Source: Octopus vulgaris | Taxonomy: Eukaryota | NCBI GenBank assembly: GCA_951406725.2 | Contig: OX597837.1 | Location: forward strand, 38,874,001-38,938,000 | DNA: 64,000 bases | Direction: 5' to 3' | Shown here: positions 38,757 to 52,035 of the stretch, piece by piece | How positions within the stretch are numbered: the stretch's first letter is position 1 | Layout of the letters: each line of letters opens with the position of its first letter | Position numbers and translations under genes: made by a program | The notes under the pieces: generated by a model | Database searches by the model: none | What the model saw: only the letters and a program-made list of their open reading frames with translations | Told to the model about the DNA's origin: nothing

Positions 38757-41718
38757 ATAGAGAGAGAGAGAAAGGAAGTAATAACAAGTGAATGAGAATA
38801 ATGATGGAAGGGTTAAAAAAGTGTAAAAATAAAGATAAAATTAAATAAAACTAAAGCCAAAACATTAAAAATTATTGAAAGTGGGTAGAAATAAACACTA
38901 CGTAGTGTAGTAATTCTACACTAGGGTGTCTGTAGAAAGTTGATTTTGATTTCGGAATATAAAGAGGAAAAATTCGGATCTTGAGAATTTTCCAAAAGTC
39001 CTCTCCCCACCTCAAGATTTTCCCCACAGATTACTTTATAGTCATAATGCATGCTGTTTGGAAGGTATTTAAACAAAATTTCAATAAAAAAATATTAATT
39101 TTCCTAACAGTTACAGGGGGAAAACTTGAATCTTGTGAATTTTCCAAAGCCCTCTTCCTACCACCTTGGAAAAGATTTTCCCCACAAATTTCTTTATAAT
39201 GGTAATGTATACCGTTTGAATGGTATTTCTATAAAATTTCATTGAAAAATCCCATTTTCCTAAAAGTTATGAGGGAAAAACTCAGATCTTGTGAATTTTC
39301 TGAGGTCCTCTCCCAAAATGCTTTGCGCGCATTTTAATTTTCTTTTTCAAATTCATTTCCGACATATTGTTTTACATGCTTTGTACTATTTTTTTCTGAT
39401 TTTCGATTCTGGGTCAAGTTGTAAACATTAACCCCTTTGGTCATGTTGTAAATTTTAACCCCTCCACCCACACGGTTTTCACTAATAAGGAAAAAAACTC
39501 GAATTTTTTTTTGCATGGAATCAAGTACCTGACCTTCTAGTGTGTGGCAAACCCCTCATTTTTGTTCAGAAACAAAAGTGTGTGTGTGTGTGCCCCCACT
39601 GCATCCCAGAATCATTGGAAAATTTTTTTTCGGGGAATGAATTATGGTGGCCTCCTAACATGCTACAAAACCGATTTTTTTTGTTCCAGAAAACAAGTTG
39701 AAGTGGAACCCTTGGAAATTTCACCCCCCTTCTCCCCGCTCCTAACATTTTATAGAAATACGTTTTCCAGAAATACACGGATCATTATTAAATATATAAA
39801 GATTGTGAATTAATATGCTAACATTTACGTTGTGTATTTGATGTTGAAAATAATTTTTCTGAAGTCTTAGTGTATGCATATATATATTCTGTAAATAATA
39901 ACAATCGTATTTTACAAGCAATCAAGGAAAATAGTTTAATAATGAGGCATATAAACCCTTGACAGAGAAAAAGTAGGTTTTTCCATACTCGTGGGACTTT
40001 AACCGCACCTCTTTGTTTTCGCAACAAGTATGCTACCATTACACTAGCACACAACCTGCTTCATTCCATCAGATTTTATCATCATCATCATTGTTTAGCG
40101 TCCACTTTCCATGCTGGCATGGGTTGGATGGTTCAACTGGGGTCTGGGAAGCCAGAAGGCTGCACCAGGTCCAGTCTGATCTGGCAATGTTTCTACAGCT
40201 GGATGCCCTTCCTAATGCCAATCACTCCATGAGTGTAGTGGCTGCTTTTTACGTGCCACCAGCACAGGTGCCAGACAGGGCTGGCAAACGGCCATGATCG
40301 GATGGTGCTTTTTATGTGTCACCGGCACGGAGGCCAGACAAGGCTGGCAATGCCACGATCAGATGGTGCTCTTTATGTGCCACCGGAACGGAGGCCAGTC
40401 GGGGTGGCGCTGGCAACGGTCACTTTTGGAAAGAACTATAATTAGTTTGTAGTGTTGTTTTTGTAAACAAACTTTCATGTGCTTTTACTGCAATGGTTTT
40501 TGTTAAGAAGAATTGATTTTTACAGTTCTGTAAGTAATAATAATAATAATAGTGTTTTATAAGCTTAAAGCTTATAAGCGATCTCCGCTCAATGACTAAA
40601 GAAAATGGCCCAATAATAGAGCATATAAGCCCTCGACAGAAAAATGTAGGTTTTCCTGTATGCATGGGACTCGAACCCACACCTCTTTGCTTTTACGTTG
40701 CGTACCCTCCTCTTTTTTAAGAACAAAAATAAGGGATATGCCGCACAATAGGCGGTCAGAGTACTTGTTTCCACGTGAAAAACCCGAGTATTTTTTGTTA
40801 GTGAAAATCGTATGGGTGAACGTATCAAAATTTACCAATTTTGTTTTTAATCCACGTAGTTGTGATACCAGTGCCAGTGGCACGGAAGACAATCATCTGA
40901 ATGTGGCCATAGCCAGCGCCGCCCCGACTGGCCTCCTGTGCCAGTGGCACGTAAAAAACACCATCCGATCGTGGCCGTTGCCAGCCTCGCCTGGCCTCCG
41001 TGCCGGTGGCACGTAAAAAGCACCATCCGAGCATGGCCGTTTGCCAGCCTCGTCTGGCACCTGTGTTGGTGGCACATAAAAAGCACCCACTACACTCTCG
41101 GAGTGGTTGGTGTTAGGAAGGGCATCCAGCCGTAGAAACACTACCAGATCAGACTAGGTCTGGTGCAGCCGTCTGGCTTCCCAGACCCCAGTTGAACCGT
41201 CCAACCCATGCTAGCATGGAAAGCGGACGTTAAACGATGATGATGTTCAAAAATACAGAGATTACAAATCTGAGATTTTTTCTTTTTAATTAAAGTTTTT
41301 GTGGTTGTAAGGTGGTGTGGAAAACATTTGTTTTATGTGAATTGAAAAAATATTCCCACTTTCTCTTACATATCCAACTTTCTATTGGTATTAGAAGAAC
41401 TTTTGCACAGCTTCCACCTGTAATCAACTGTTTTGCACACCTGTAATCAACTGTTTTGCTTATTTCTAACTTTTTTGACATTTTTATTGTTTCTTTGTTT
41501 GGACTTTTTTCCCTAATTATTTTTAAGTTTGATTTTCGAGATGGATTAGATAATTGCAAAGATGGTCTGTAAACATAACTTATTTATCTGTACGTTTTCA
41601 TAAATGCGATCACCCCTACAAATAACTGCACACAGTTCTTGGGGGCTTGACAATTATGGCTGAAGTCCGCCACAATTTTATCTTTTGAAATTAAGAAAGA
41701 TACGTAAAAATAACTTTT

Positions 41719-41754
<36 letters not shown>

Positions 41755-41927
41755 GCGCTCTAGGTAAAACTTCTGTATGTATTATAAAATTACAGCTCAA
41801 CTTCAATTAAATTGGCCTTTTTTTATTTTGTAATTCATATTTGTGATGTTTTTATTTTCACTCCCCATCCACCACCATCATCATAATATTTATTTTTATT
41901 TTCTATTTTTCGATCTTACCAAATTAG

Positions 41928-42442
41928 GAACAGTTTGCAAACATTCATCCTGACCAGTGAAAAAATGTCAGATCAACCAAAGGAAATTCGAGGCAGTCAA
42001 CTGACAAAACAGAACCTGCGAAAACCCAAATCTGATCCATTGCCAAGCATGTCAGGCTGTAAAGTGCCATTTGAGAAAAGCAGTAAGAAATTCCCCAATA
42101 AGAATATTTCTCAGTTGGCATCAGTTGTTGATGAATCGACAGACAGCAATTCTGAAAAGATGATGAGTGAAGAACATAAGAAATTGCTGAAGGACAACCG
42201 TGTGGAGTTAGTGCAGAATATGATCGCGAATGACGTATTGGATCATTTGTTGCAGAAGGATGTATTAACAATGTCTGAAAAGGACCGAATCAAAGCTGAA
42301 GGAGCATCTAAGAATGAAAAACTCATTGATACAATCATGTGCAAACCAGATAAGGCTTTCTTTGTGTTTGTAGATGCCCTGAAGAACACTGGTCAACCTC
42401 ATTTGGCCGATTTGCTGTCACCTGCAAAAAAGCGAAAACCAG
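41928..42442 (+). CDS. Gene B linker + CARD2 exon (phase 2->1)
   Basis: Phase-2 AGs end at 41927 and 41933; CARD EHKKLLKDNRVELVQNMIANDVLDHLLQKDVLT..ALKNTGQPHLADLL; donor CCAG|GTAATT. Confidence 0.87.
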
Positions 42443-42479
42443 GTAATTTCTTTATACACAAATACACCCACCTATGCTT

Positions 42480-42514
<35 letters not shown>

Positions 42515-43381
42515 TACCCACTCTCTCGCACGCATGCATGTGAATAGGTATGGCTCTGTGGTAAAGAAGTTCATTTTCCAGTCGGATTGTTTCCGGTTCA
42601 GTCCTACTGTATGGCACTTTGGACAAGTGTTTTCCAAATTCTTGTGAGTGTATTTGGTAGAAGGAAACTGCAAAACAACCTGTTGTATATATGTGCCTAT
42701 ATGTATATATACACACAATTTGCTGTCACCTGCAAAGAAGCGAAAACAAGGTAATTTCTTCACACACATACACCCACCCACTCTCTCGCACACCTGTGAA
42801 TAGGTAGTTTCTTGTTATTATAAAACCTGCTTAACCATATTAGGCAGACTTTATAATGACAAGAAATGTTTAGCGACTCCCAATTTAATATTTTGTAAAT
42901 TAAATAATATTTATCTTCCAGCAAATGGAGGACATTTTTTGTTGATCTTAACTTAACGGAACACTAAACTCTGTGTGTGTGTGTATGTATATATGTATAT
43001 ATACACATACACAGACATGTATATATTAGCATATACATATATAAATACAAGCAATAAGTTTCTTCTGTGGTTTTCCAAATCCACCCACAAGGCTTTGTTT
43101 GGGCCATGGCTATAATAGAAATCACACAGCTAAGGTGTCGCACAGTGGGACTGAACCTAACATCACATGCTTGGAAAGCGAACTACTTACCACAGAGCCA
43201 CGTCTGTAACCATACATACATATATGCATACACACACACCCCTACCTACCTACATACATACATAGGTACTGTAAACTTAGAGTGAATACATGATAAGTGT
43301 AAGCACCTGTATAAGCTAGATAGTGGCAGAGGTGAGAGAGAATATATCAAATATAGATTAAAAACAGAACACAAAGGATAT

Positions 43382-43474
43382 CACGGTACACGTGTTTCAA
43401 GCTTTATAAACAATCCGTTATTACATCAGTGCATTATTGATATAAAAGATGGTTTAAAGCTCTCTTCAGCCTTA
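43382..43474 (-). ncRNA. Type I hammerhead motif (Penelope-like remnant)
   Basis: Minus strand: taagg-CTGAAGA-gagcttta..taaagctt-GAAA-cacgtg-TA-ccgtg; 8-bp stem II, palindromic stem III, imperfect stem I. Confidence 0.6.
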
Positions 43475-44498
43475 AACATTGTTAGTCCAAACAATTACAT
43501 CACTATATATAAAATATGAAAAGTACATGTAGTATTACACATTATAATAGGTTTATCATATCTCCTTGAAAAAGCGTATTTGTAAAATTTCTTAACTGTA
43601 TAAATGTATAAAGATTCATTGGATTTTGAAAATCTGCCCATGCTGTATCACCAGTCAGCATAGAGTGAATGTTAAATAGATTGGAATGAATTTATATTTA
43701 ATTCTCTTTTATAAGATAGGAAGGAAAATAAGATAGAAAGAAAAAATAATTTATATTTGATACACACATGGTGGCTGCCCCCTCATTATCGAGTATAGCC
43801 ATTGCACCAAGCTTAATCAATGTTGTTATCGTGCAAGAAGATATTTTTTTAAAGTGAGGAAAGGCTGTGCACTGAGTCAATCCCACTCACTAAGCAACAG
43901 CAGCCATAATCCGAAAAGAAGAACAAGTCAACATCATCGGTAACCACTGAGCCGCAGGTTTTATGTCGGAGTTATCCCAGTTACCTGAGTTACCTTCTCC
44001 TAGAAGGATACCCTAACAAGGGCTAGGAGTCCTTCACTCCTAATGGTTTAACCACGCGATCGAGTATTCAGTCCGTTTACTTCTATGTCCCCGCGCATGA
44101 CACAGCCTTAAGCCTTAAGAAAAAAAAAAATACACATTTATTGGATGGCCGTTGACTCCCAAGAGTTCCTCCGCCCTTTGACTGGTTTTGTTTTTCATCC
44201 TGCAGGGTGTCCAATAAACACCCTCCTCACAAAGCAAGCTTGGTGGGGTTGCCGGTTTAGTCGCCGATGGCCCAACCATGCAACAGGTTGTACTGGGTTA
44301 CATGTTACCAGTAGCACTCGAAAGTGATCTGACATAGATACATATATACATACACACATGTATGTATGTAAGCACATATCATATGAGTGTGTATATGTAC
44401 AAGTTGGTGTGTTTGTGAGTGTACATTTGTGTGGGATGTCAGTTGATTATGTTGCTACTGCTGGTGCTGATAATGATGATGATTTTTTTTCTCCTCAG

Positions 44499-44542
44499 CA
44501 TCCGGTAGAGAAAATGCCAATGCAAAAAGAATGGTGATACAG
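44499..44542 (+). CDS. Gene B 44-nt linker exon (phase 1->0), ASGRENANAKRMVIQ
   Basis: ttttttttctcctcAG acceptor and CAG|GTGAGA donor; bridges CARD2 (phase 1) to the phase-0 CARD3 exon exactly. Confidence 0.75.
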
Positions 44543-45050
44543 GTGAGAGTCAGTTGATTCATTCTGAAGTATTTCATACTTTATACTAATATGGAAAAGA
44601 AGTGCATGTCTATATATATATATATATATAGGCGCAGGAGTGGCTGTGTGGTAAGTAGATTGCTTACCAACCACATGGTTCCGGGTTCAGTTCCACTGTG
44701 TGGCATCTTGAGCACGTGTCTTCTGCTAAAGCCTCGGACCGACCAATGCCTTGTGAGTGGATTTGGTAGACAGAAACTGAAAGAAGCCTGTCGTATATAT
44801 GTATATATATATATGTATGTGTGTGTATGTTTGTGTGTCTGTGTTTGTCCCCCTAGCATTGCTTGACAACCGATGCTGGTGTGTTTATGTCCCCGTCACT
44901 TAGCGGTTCGGCAAAAGAGACCGATAGAATAAGTACTGGGCTTACAAAAGAATAAGTCCAGGGGTCGATTTGCTGACTAAAGGCGCCGCTCCAGCATGGC
45001 CGCAGTCAAATGACTGAAACAAGTAAAAGAGTAAAAGAGAGAGTAAAGAG

Positions 45051-45083
<33 letters not shown>

Positions 45084-45525
45084 GGCGGTGCTCCAGCATG
45101 GCCACAGTCAAATGACTGAAACAAGTAAAAGAGAGATATATATATAATCAATAATAACAATGGGTAAAATTAATTAATTAACTAGTAATCAATAATTTCA
45201 CCAAGTAAAATTCGGCATGAAAAAGGACCATTTCACGGTAAACCTAAGTAATACTTTATAATTAGGGTTCAGCAAAGATTTGCTTTACCACATACCGAAG
45301 TTTAGAAATAGCAGCCAAAGAACCTTAGCTATTTCCTCTACATTAAAAAGAGACTCCTGGAAAAATTACTTGTTACTTGACGACACATGTGCAGGGGAAG
45401 GTGATGAACCTCATTCATATTTATTTAATTCGGCGATACTGACGTTGAATATGATCTGTCTGATACTGTTAGTTGGAGAGGTACATTCGATTCTTCCAGT
45501 GCCTCTGGATTTAATATTGTGAAGT

Positions 45526-45608
45526 CCCATGCTGAAGAAGAAAATGTTCGGGTAAAGTGTAAATTCTACATTCTTTATACCAATCTAATTCTGAAACGCA
45601 TACATGGG
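45526..45608 (+). ncRNA. Degenerate type I hammerhead motif inside a Penelope-like foldback
   Basis: cccatg-CTGAAGA-agaa..ttct-GAAA-cgca-TA-catggg; perfect 6-bp stem I, but a C.A mismatch in stem III. Confidence 0.55.
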
Positions 45609-46031
45609 TAATCAAATATCGATTGAATTTCGTTATTTTTCCTCTCTGCCTGTGTGGATTGTTTTCGAGTACTTTGTTTTTCTTCCAGGAGTCTCTTTTT
45701 AAAGTAGAGAAAATAGCTAAGGTTCTCTGGCTGCTATTTCTAAACTTAGGTATGTGGTCAAGCAAATCTTTGCTGAACCCTAATTATAAAGTGTATATAT
45801 ATATATATATATATCTAATATAGGATAAAATCTTTTTGAAAAAAAAATTTTTATCAATGGCTAGCATATTAAAAAATACCTTTAAAGGTTAAATTTATAA
45901 ACAAGGGCAAAAGAAAAAATTTCTAATGCCAAATAAGCTGAAAATAGATAAATTGTCAATAACCATATAATTTATCACTATAAACACACATCTCGAAACA
46001 AGCCGACAGAAATTTCTAAAAAATTCCGTTA

Positions 46032-46092
46032 TTATCGTACCGGTCCCAATTTCAGAGTTAATTCATAAGAATTTTCTCCTCATCAGCGATAA
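46032..46092 (-). ncRNA. Type I hammerhead motif inside a Penelope-like foldback
   Basis: Minus strand: ttatcg-CTGATGA-ggag..ctct-GAAA-ttgg ga ccgg-TA-cgataa. Confidence 0.6.
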
Positions 46093-46219
46093 ATATGTAA
46101 GACATAAATGAAATACTTACTGATATCCATGGCTTGTTTCGAGATGCGTGTTTATAGTGATAAATTATATGGTTATTGACAATTTGTCTATTTTCGGCAT
46201 ATTTGGCATTAGAAATTTT

Positions 46220-46646
46220 GGATCTTTTCAGTTTGAACGGCAGTTTTTAACATAATTTCTAGGTAACTTAAAAATTTTAAGCTTCGTATACTGGTAGAAT
46301 GTGTTTATAAAACATCTTTTTCTCTTGACTTTATTGAGAAAATTCTATAGTTTGTAAGATATTTTTTGTTTTTTTTCTTCAATTTTGGCAATTTCAATCA
46401 ATCAGTGACGTCTATTGAGGTAAAAAAACATTCTGTGCCGTATGAATATGTCCCTCGTTTAAGAAACAGATTGGGTTTATTTACATTTGTGAAGAAAAAA
46501 AGATACCCTTCCCCCACCCCTAACCCTAACCAACCCTAACCCTAAAACAGATTGAAATGCAATAGATCGATACAAGGGTCATAATTATGGATGACAATTT
46601 CATATGACACCATTAGAAAAAACTGCCGTTCAAACTGAAAAGATCC
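46220..46646. mobile_element. MITE of the same family as 15748-16166
   Basis: GGATCTTTTCAGTTTGAACGG TIRs; 8-bp TSD GAAATTTT on both sides. Confidence 0.85.
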
Positions 46647-46678
46647 GAAATTTTTTTCTTTTGCCCTTGTTTATAAGT

Positions 46679-46741
<63 letters not shown>

Positions 46742-46869
46742 GTGTGTATTTATCTTGTTTCAGTCATTAGACTGTGGTCATGTTGGGGCACTGTCTTGAT
46801 TTTTAGTTAAATGAATTGGCCTCAGTACTTTTTCTTTTTATCTAAATTAACTACTACCTCTCATAATCC

Positions 46870-47580
46870 ACCAGAGCATACGAAGGAATCAGTTTCCAGA
46901 GTCTCTGAAGTTTTTCTGGATCCTGTACGTCTTCCACATATGAAAACCATCTTCTCTGATAGTTTTCCAATTAACTTGCTGCACCTCTTGTACACTGGGT
47001 ACACCTTATTGAGTTCTTGCCAACATCTTTCCTACAAATTGGACAGGACCACCTACCAGAAGTGGGAAGAGTCCTCTTAGTTTTCTTGCTTAACAGGACC
47101 TTAATCTTTGCTAAGTTGACCATAAGGCACTTAGATTTCTGGTTTTGCTTCCACACCTGGAATTTTTCGACAAGGTGTGATATGGAATCCGTTATGAGGT
47201 CCAGATTGTCAGCATATAATAGTTTCACAGGGGCTGCTGGTCTTGAATTTCTCTGTTATGGCCTGGAGGACAATGAGGGGCCAAGGGGGAAGTAAAGACT
47301 AAGCCTTGATGAACACTTAACACCTGTACACTAAATTCTTTGCTCTACTCGTTAGCTCTCACCTTACCGACAGCGTCTTTGTACATAGTTTGTACAGCTT
47401 TCACCAGCCAGTTGTCTATCCCTAACCTACTCAAAGCCTGCCGTATCACACAGCAGGGCACTCCAGGTGTAATGGTTTATTCTTAGCTAAGTACTTCTCT
47501 TGCAGATGCTTGACTATGAAAATAGCATCAGTAGCCCTTCTTCCCCAGATGAAGCTGAAATGCTTTTTGTCTAGCCTAAT
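46870..47580 (-). mobile_element. Old degenerate RTE RT fragment
   Basis: LLYADNLDLI..GRWSCPICRKDVGKNSIRC in ORF 46971-47228. Confidence 0.75.
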
Positions 47581-47605
47581 TGTATGTATGTATGTATTTA
47601 TGTAT

Positions 47606-50600
47606 CATCATCATCATCATCATCATCATTTAACGTCCGCTTTCCATGCTAGCATGGGTTGGACGGTTCAACTGGGGTCTGGGGAGCCCGAAGGCTGCAC
47701 CAGGCCAGTCAGATCTGGCAGTGTTTCTACAGCTGGATGCCCTTCCTAACGCCAACCACTCCGAGAGTGTAGTGGGTGATTTTATGTGCCACCGACACAG
47801 GTGCCAGACGAGGCTGGCGAACGGCCATGCTCGGATGGTGTTTTTATGTGCCACCGACACAGGTGCCAGACGAGGCTGGCGAACGGCCACGCTCGGATGG
47901 TGTTTTTATGTGCCACCGACACAGGTGCCAGACGAGGCTGACGAACGGCCACGATCGGATGGTGTTTCTTACGTGCCCACAGCATGGAGGCCAGTCGATG
48001 CGGTACTGGCTACGGCCATGTTCGGATGGTTTTCTTGTGTGCCACCGGCACTGGTACCACAAAGATACAAATTCCATTGATGTTCATCTATTTTGATTTG
48101 ATTTGATTTGATTTTCACTTGCCTCAACAGGTCTTCACAAGTGTCACAAGAAGGAAGGAAGGTAAGCACAGGTGAACTGACAACGTCCCAGGTAGGGGCC
48201 ACGGGTTATGGCCTGACTAGTCTTGCCGGGTCTTCGGATGATGTTTTTATGTGCCTCCGACACAGGTGCCAGATGGATGGTGTTTGTTACGTGCCCACAG
48301 CACGGAGGCCAGTCGATGCGGTACTGGCTACGGCCACGTTCGGATGGTTTTCTTGTGTGCCACCGGCACTGGTACCACAAAGATACAAATTCCATTGATG
48401 TTCATCTATTTTGATTTGATTTGATTTGATTTGATCACTTGTCTCAACAGGTCTTCACAAGTGTCACAAGAAGGAAGGTATGCACAGGTGGACTGACTAC
48501 GTCCCAGGTAGAGACCACGGGTTATGGCCTGACTAGTCTTGCCGGGTCTGCGGATGGTGTTTTTATGTGCCACCGACACAGGTGCCAGATGAGGCTGGCG
48601 AACGGCCATGATCGGATGGTGTTTGTTATGAGCCCACAGCACAGAGGCCAGTCGATGCGGTACTGGCTACGGCCATGTTCGGATGGTTATCTTGTGTGCC
48701 ACCGGCCCTGGTACCACAAAGATACAAATTCCATTGATGTTGATCTATTTTGATTTGTTTTGATTTGATCACTTGCCTCAACAGGTCTTCACAAGTGTCA
48801 CAAGAAGGAAGGTATGCATAGGCGGACTGACTTCGTCCCAGGTAGGGGCCACGGGTTATGGCCTGACTAGTCTTGCCGGGTCTTCAGATGGTGTTTTTAT
48901 GTGCCACCGACACAGGTGCCAGACGAGGCTGACGAACGGCCACGATCGGATGGTGTTTCTTACGTGCCCACAGCATGGAGGCCAGTCGATGCGGTACTGG
49001 CTACGGCCACGTTCGGATGGTTTTCTTGTGTGCCACCGGCACTGGTACCACAAAGATACAAATTCCATTGATGTTCATCTATTTTGATTTGATTTGATTT
49101 GATTTTCACTTGCCTCAACAGGTCTTCACAAGTGTCACAAGAAGGAAGGAAGGTAAGCACAGGTGAACTGACAACGTCCCAGGTAGGGGCCACGGGTTAT
49201 GGCCTGACTAGTCTTGCCGGGTCTTCGGATGATGTTTTTATGTGCCTCCGACACAGGTGCCAGATGGATGGTGTTTGTTACGTGCCCACAGCACGGAGGC
49301 CAGTCGATGCGGTACTGGCTACGGCCACGTTCGGATGGTTTTCTTGTGTGCCACCGGCACTGGTACCATAAAGATACAAATTCCATTGATGTTCATCTAT
49401 TTTATTTTGATTTTCACTTTCACTTGCCTCAACAGGTCTTCACAAGTGTCACAAGAAGGAAGGTATGCACAGGTGGACTGACTACGTCCCAGGTAGGGGC
49501 CACGGGTTATGGCCTGACTACTCTTGCCGGGTCTTCTCACGCACAGCATACTTCCATAGGTCTCGGTCTCTAGTCATTTCCTTGGTGAGACCTAAAGTTC
49601 GAAGGTCGTGCTTCACCACCTCGTCCCAGGTTTTCCTGGGTCTACCTCTTCCACAGGTTCCCTCAACTGCTAGGGTGTAGCACTTTTGCACACAACTATC
49701 TACAGCCATTCTCGTCACATGACCATACCAGCGCAGCCGTCTCTCTTGCACACCACAATTGACGCTTCTTAGGTTCAACTTTTCTCTCAAGGTACTTACA
49801 CTCTGACGATTATGAACACTGACATTACACATCCATCGGAGCATACTGGCTTCATTTCTTGCAAGCTTACGCATATCCTCAGCAGTCACGGCCCATGTTT
49901 CACTACCATGTAGCATGGCTGTACATACACACGCATCATATAGTCTGCCTTTTACTCTTAGCGAGAGGCCTTTTGTCACCAGCAGGGGTAAGAGCTCTCT
50001 AAACTTTGCCCAAGCTATTCTTACTCTAGCAGTTACACTTTCAGCACACCCACCCCTGCTACTGACTTGGTCTCCTAGGTAGCGGAAGCTATCAACTACT
50101 TCTAGTTTGTCTCCCTGGAACGTGGTAGAAGTTGGTCTCTGCACATTTCCAGTGTTTATTGCTCCTGAGCATCTGCCACAGACAAAAACTATTTTCCTAG
50201 TTAGCCTTCCTTTGACATTGCTGCACCTCTTATGTGTCCATAGCTTACACTTGGTGCACCTTATAGAGTTTCTACCTACACCTTTTTTACAGATCGAGCA
50301 GGGCCATCTACCTGAAGTCGTTTGTGATTGGTCCACCTTCCTACTTATTAGGACTTTGGTTTTGGCTAGGTTGATTCTAAGGCCCTTCGATTCTAATCCT
50401 TGTTTCCACACCTGAAACTTCTCCTCCAGTTCTGATAGTGACTCAGCAATTAGAGCAAGGTCATCAGCATAGAGGAGCTCCCAGGGGCATCCTGTTTGGA
50501 ATTCCTCCGTTATTGCCTGGAGGACTATGATAAATAGGAGGGGACTGAGGACTGAACCTTGGTGGACCCCAACCTCTACCCGGAATTCTTCACTGTACTC

Positions 50601-51455
50601 GTTGCCAACCCTCACCTTACTAGCAGCGTCTCTGTACATGGCTTGCACAGCTCTCACTAACCATTCATCTATCCCTAGTTTCCTCATTGACCACCAGATA
50701 AGGGATCGGGGGACCCTGTCAAAGGCTTTCTCCAAGTCAACAAAAGCCAGGTACAAGGGCTTGTCTTTGGCTAGGTATTTCTCCTGCAGCTGTCTTACCA
50801 GGAATATAGCATCAGTAGTACTTTTCCCTGGCACGAACCCAAACTGCATATCATCTAAGCTAACACTCTCTCTAATTAGTTGGGCTATAACCCTCTCCGT
50901 AACCTTCATTACCTGATCCAGCAGCTTGATGCCCCTGTAGTTATTTGTATCTAGGGCGTCGCCTTTACCTTTGTAGCAGTTGACTATTATGCTGCTACAC
51001 CAGTCATTGGGTATGACTCCCTCGTGTATCACCTGGTTAACTATACGGGTGACTAAGCTATAGCCGACACCACCAGATATTTTGAGCATCTCTGCAGTAA
51101 TTCCTGATGGGCCTGGGGCTTTCCCTGTTTTCATGCTTCTAATTGCCTTATCTACTAAGGAACTGTTAACTCGGATTGCTGGTCCCTCTGTTGGGTCGAC
51201 ATTCGGCAGGCTCTCTTTATCCCATTCATTTTCTTGATTCAGCAACCTTTCATAGTGGCGTCTCCAAGCCTCTCTCTTTGCATCCTCATTTAGCGCAAGT
51301 GAACCGTCATCCTTGCGAACACATTTCTCTCCTACCACGTCACGATTCTCTCTCACACACTGTCTTGCAACACGAAACACCTCAAGTCTTTCATCCTCAC
51401 GGCGCAGGACATTGGCAAATTTTTCCTTATCTGCCTCCCTCTGGCTAGATAGACC
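47606..51455 (-). mobile_element. Young 5'-truncated RTE LINE with an intact 620-aa RT ORF (51380-49518) and a tandemly amplified 3' end
   Basis: Uninterrupted RT (YRGIKLL, QFGF, FVDLEKAFD, GVHQGSVLSP, YADD, YLG); 3' UTR units of ~330 bp; (GAT)n tail. Confidence 0.95.
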
Positions 51456-52035
51456 TGTATGTATTTATTTATGTATGTATGTGTGTGTATGTCTATGTAT
51501 ATATATATGCATCTGTGTCTATGTATGTATGTATATAAATGTATGTATATGTGTGTGTATATGTATATGTATTCACATACATACGTATACTTGTGTGTGC
51601 ATGTGTGTCTGTATTATATATATATATAAATTAAATTAGAGTAAAACCACTATTAGGCAAAACAAACAGTGAAAAACATAAACCAAAACATAAAAATAAA
51701 AATAATATAATATACAAAATATATGAAATATAAAATTTAAAATTTAAATTATTTAAATTTAAAATTAATTTATATTTATAAATTTTTATATTAAAAAAAA
51801 ATTTTTTTAATTTAAATTAATAAATTTTAAAACTTTAAAACTTTTTTAAAAATTTGAATATATATAACTATTAAAAAGTTTAATATAAGATAAAAAGTAA
51901 AACCACTATGTAGGTATCATGCCCATAACCTAATTCGAATTACAATAATTTAAATTCAATTAATAATTCGAATTATGGTTATAGTCAATCTTCAGGTTAA
52001 TGATAATAGTTAAATAAATAAGCAAATATATTTAA

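Noticed and set aside
47510-49680. Many overlapping Cys/His/Trp-rich ORFs
   Set aside because: Spurious frames in RTE 3' UTR repeats; the same applies at ~1790-2230, 4890-6018 and 26551-27428.
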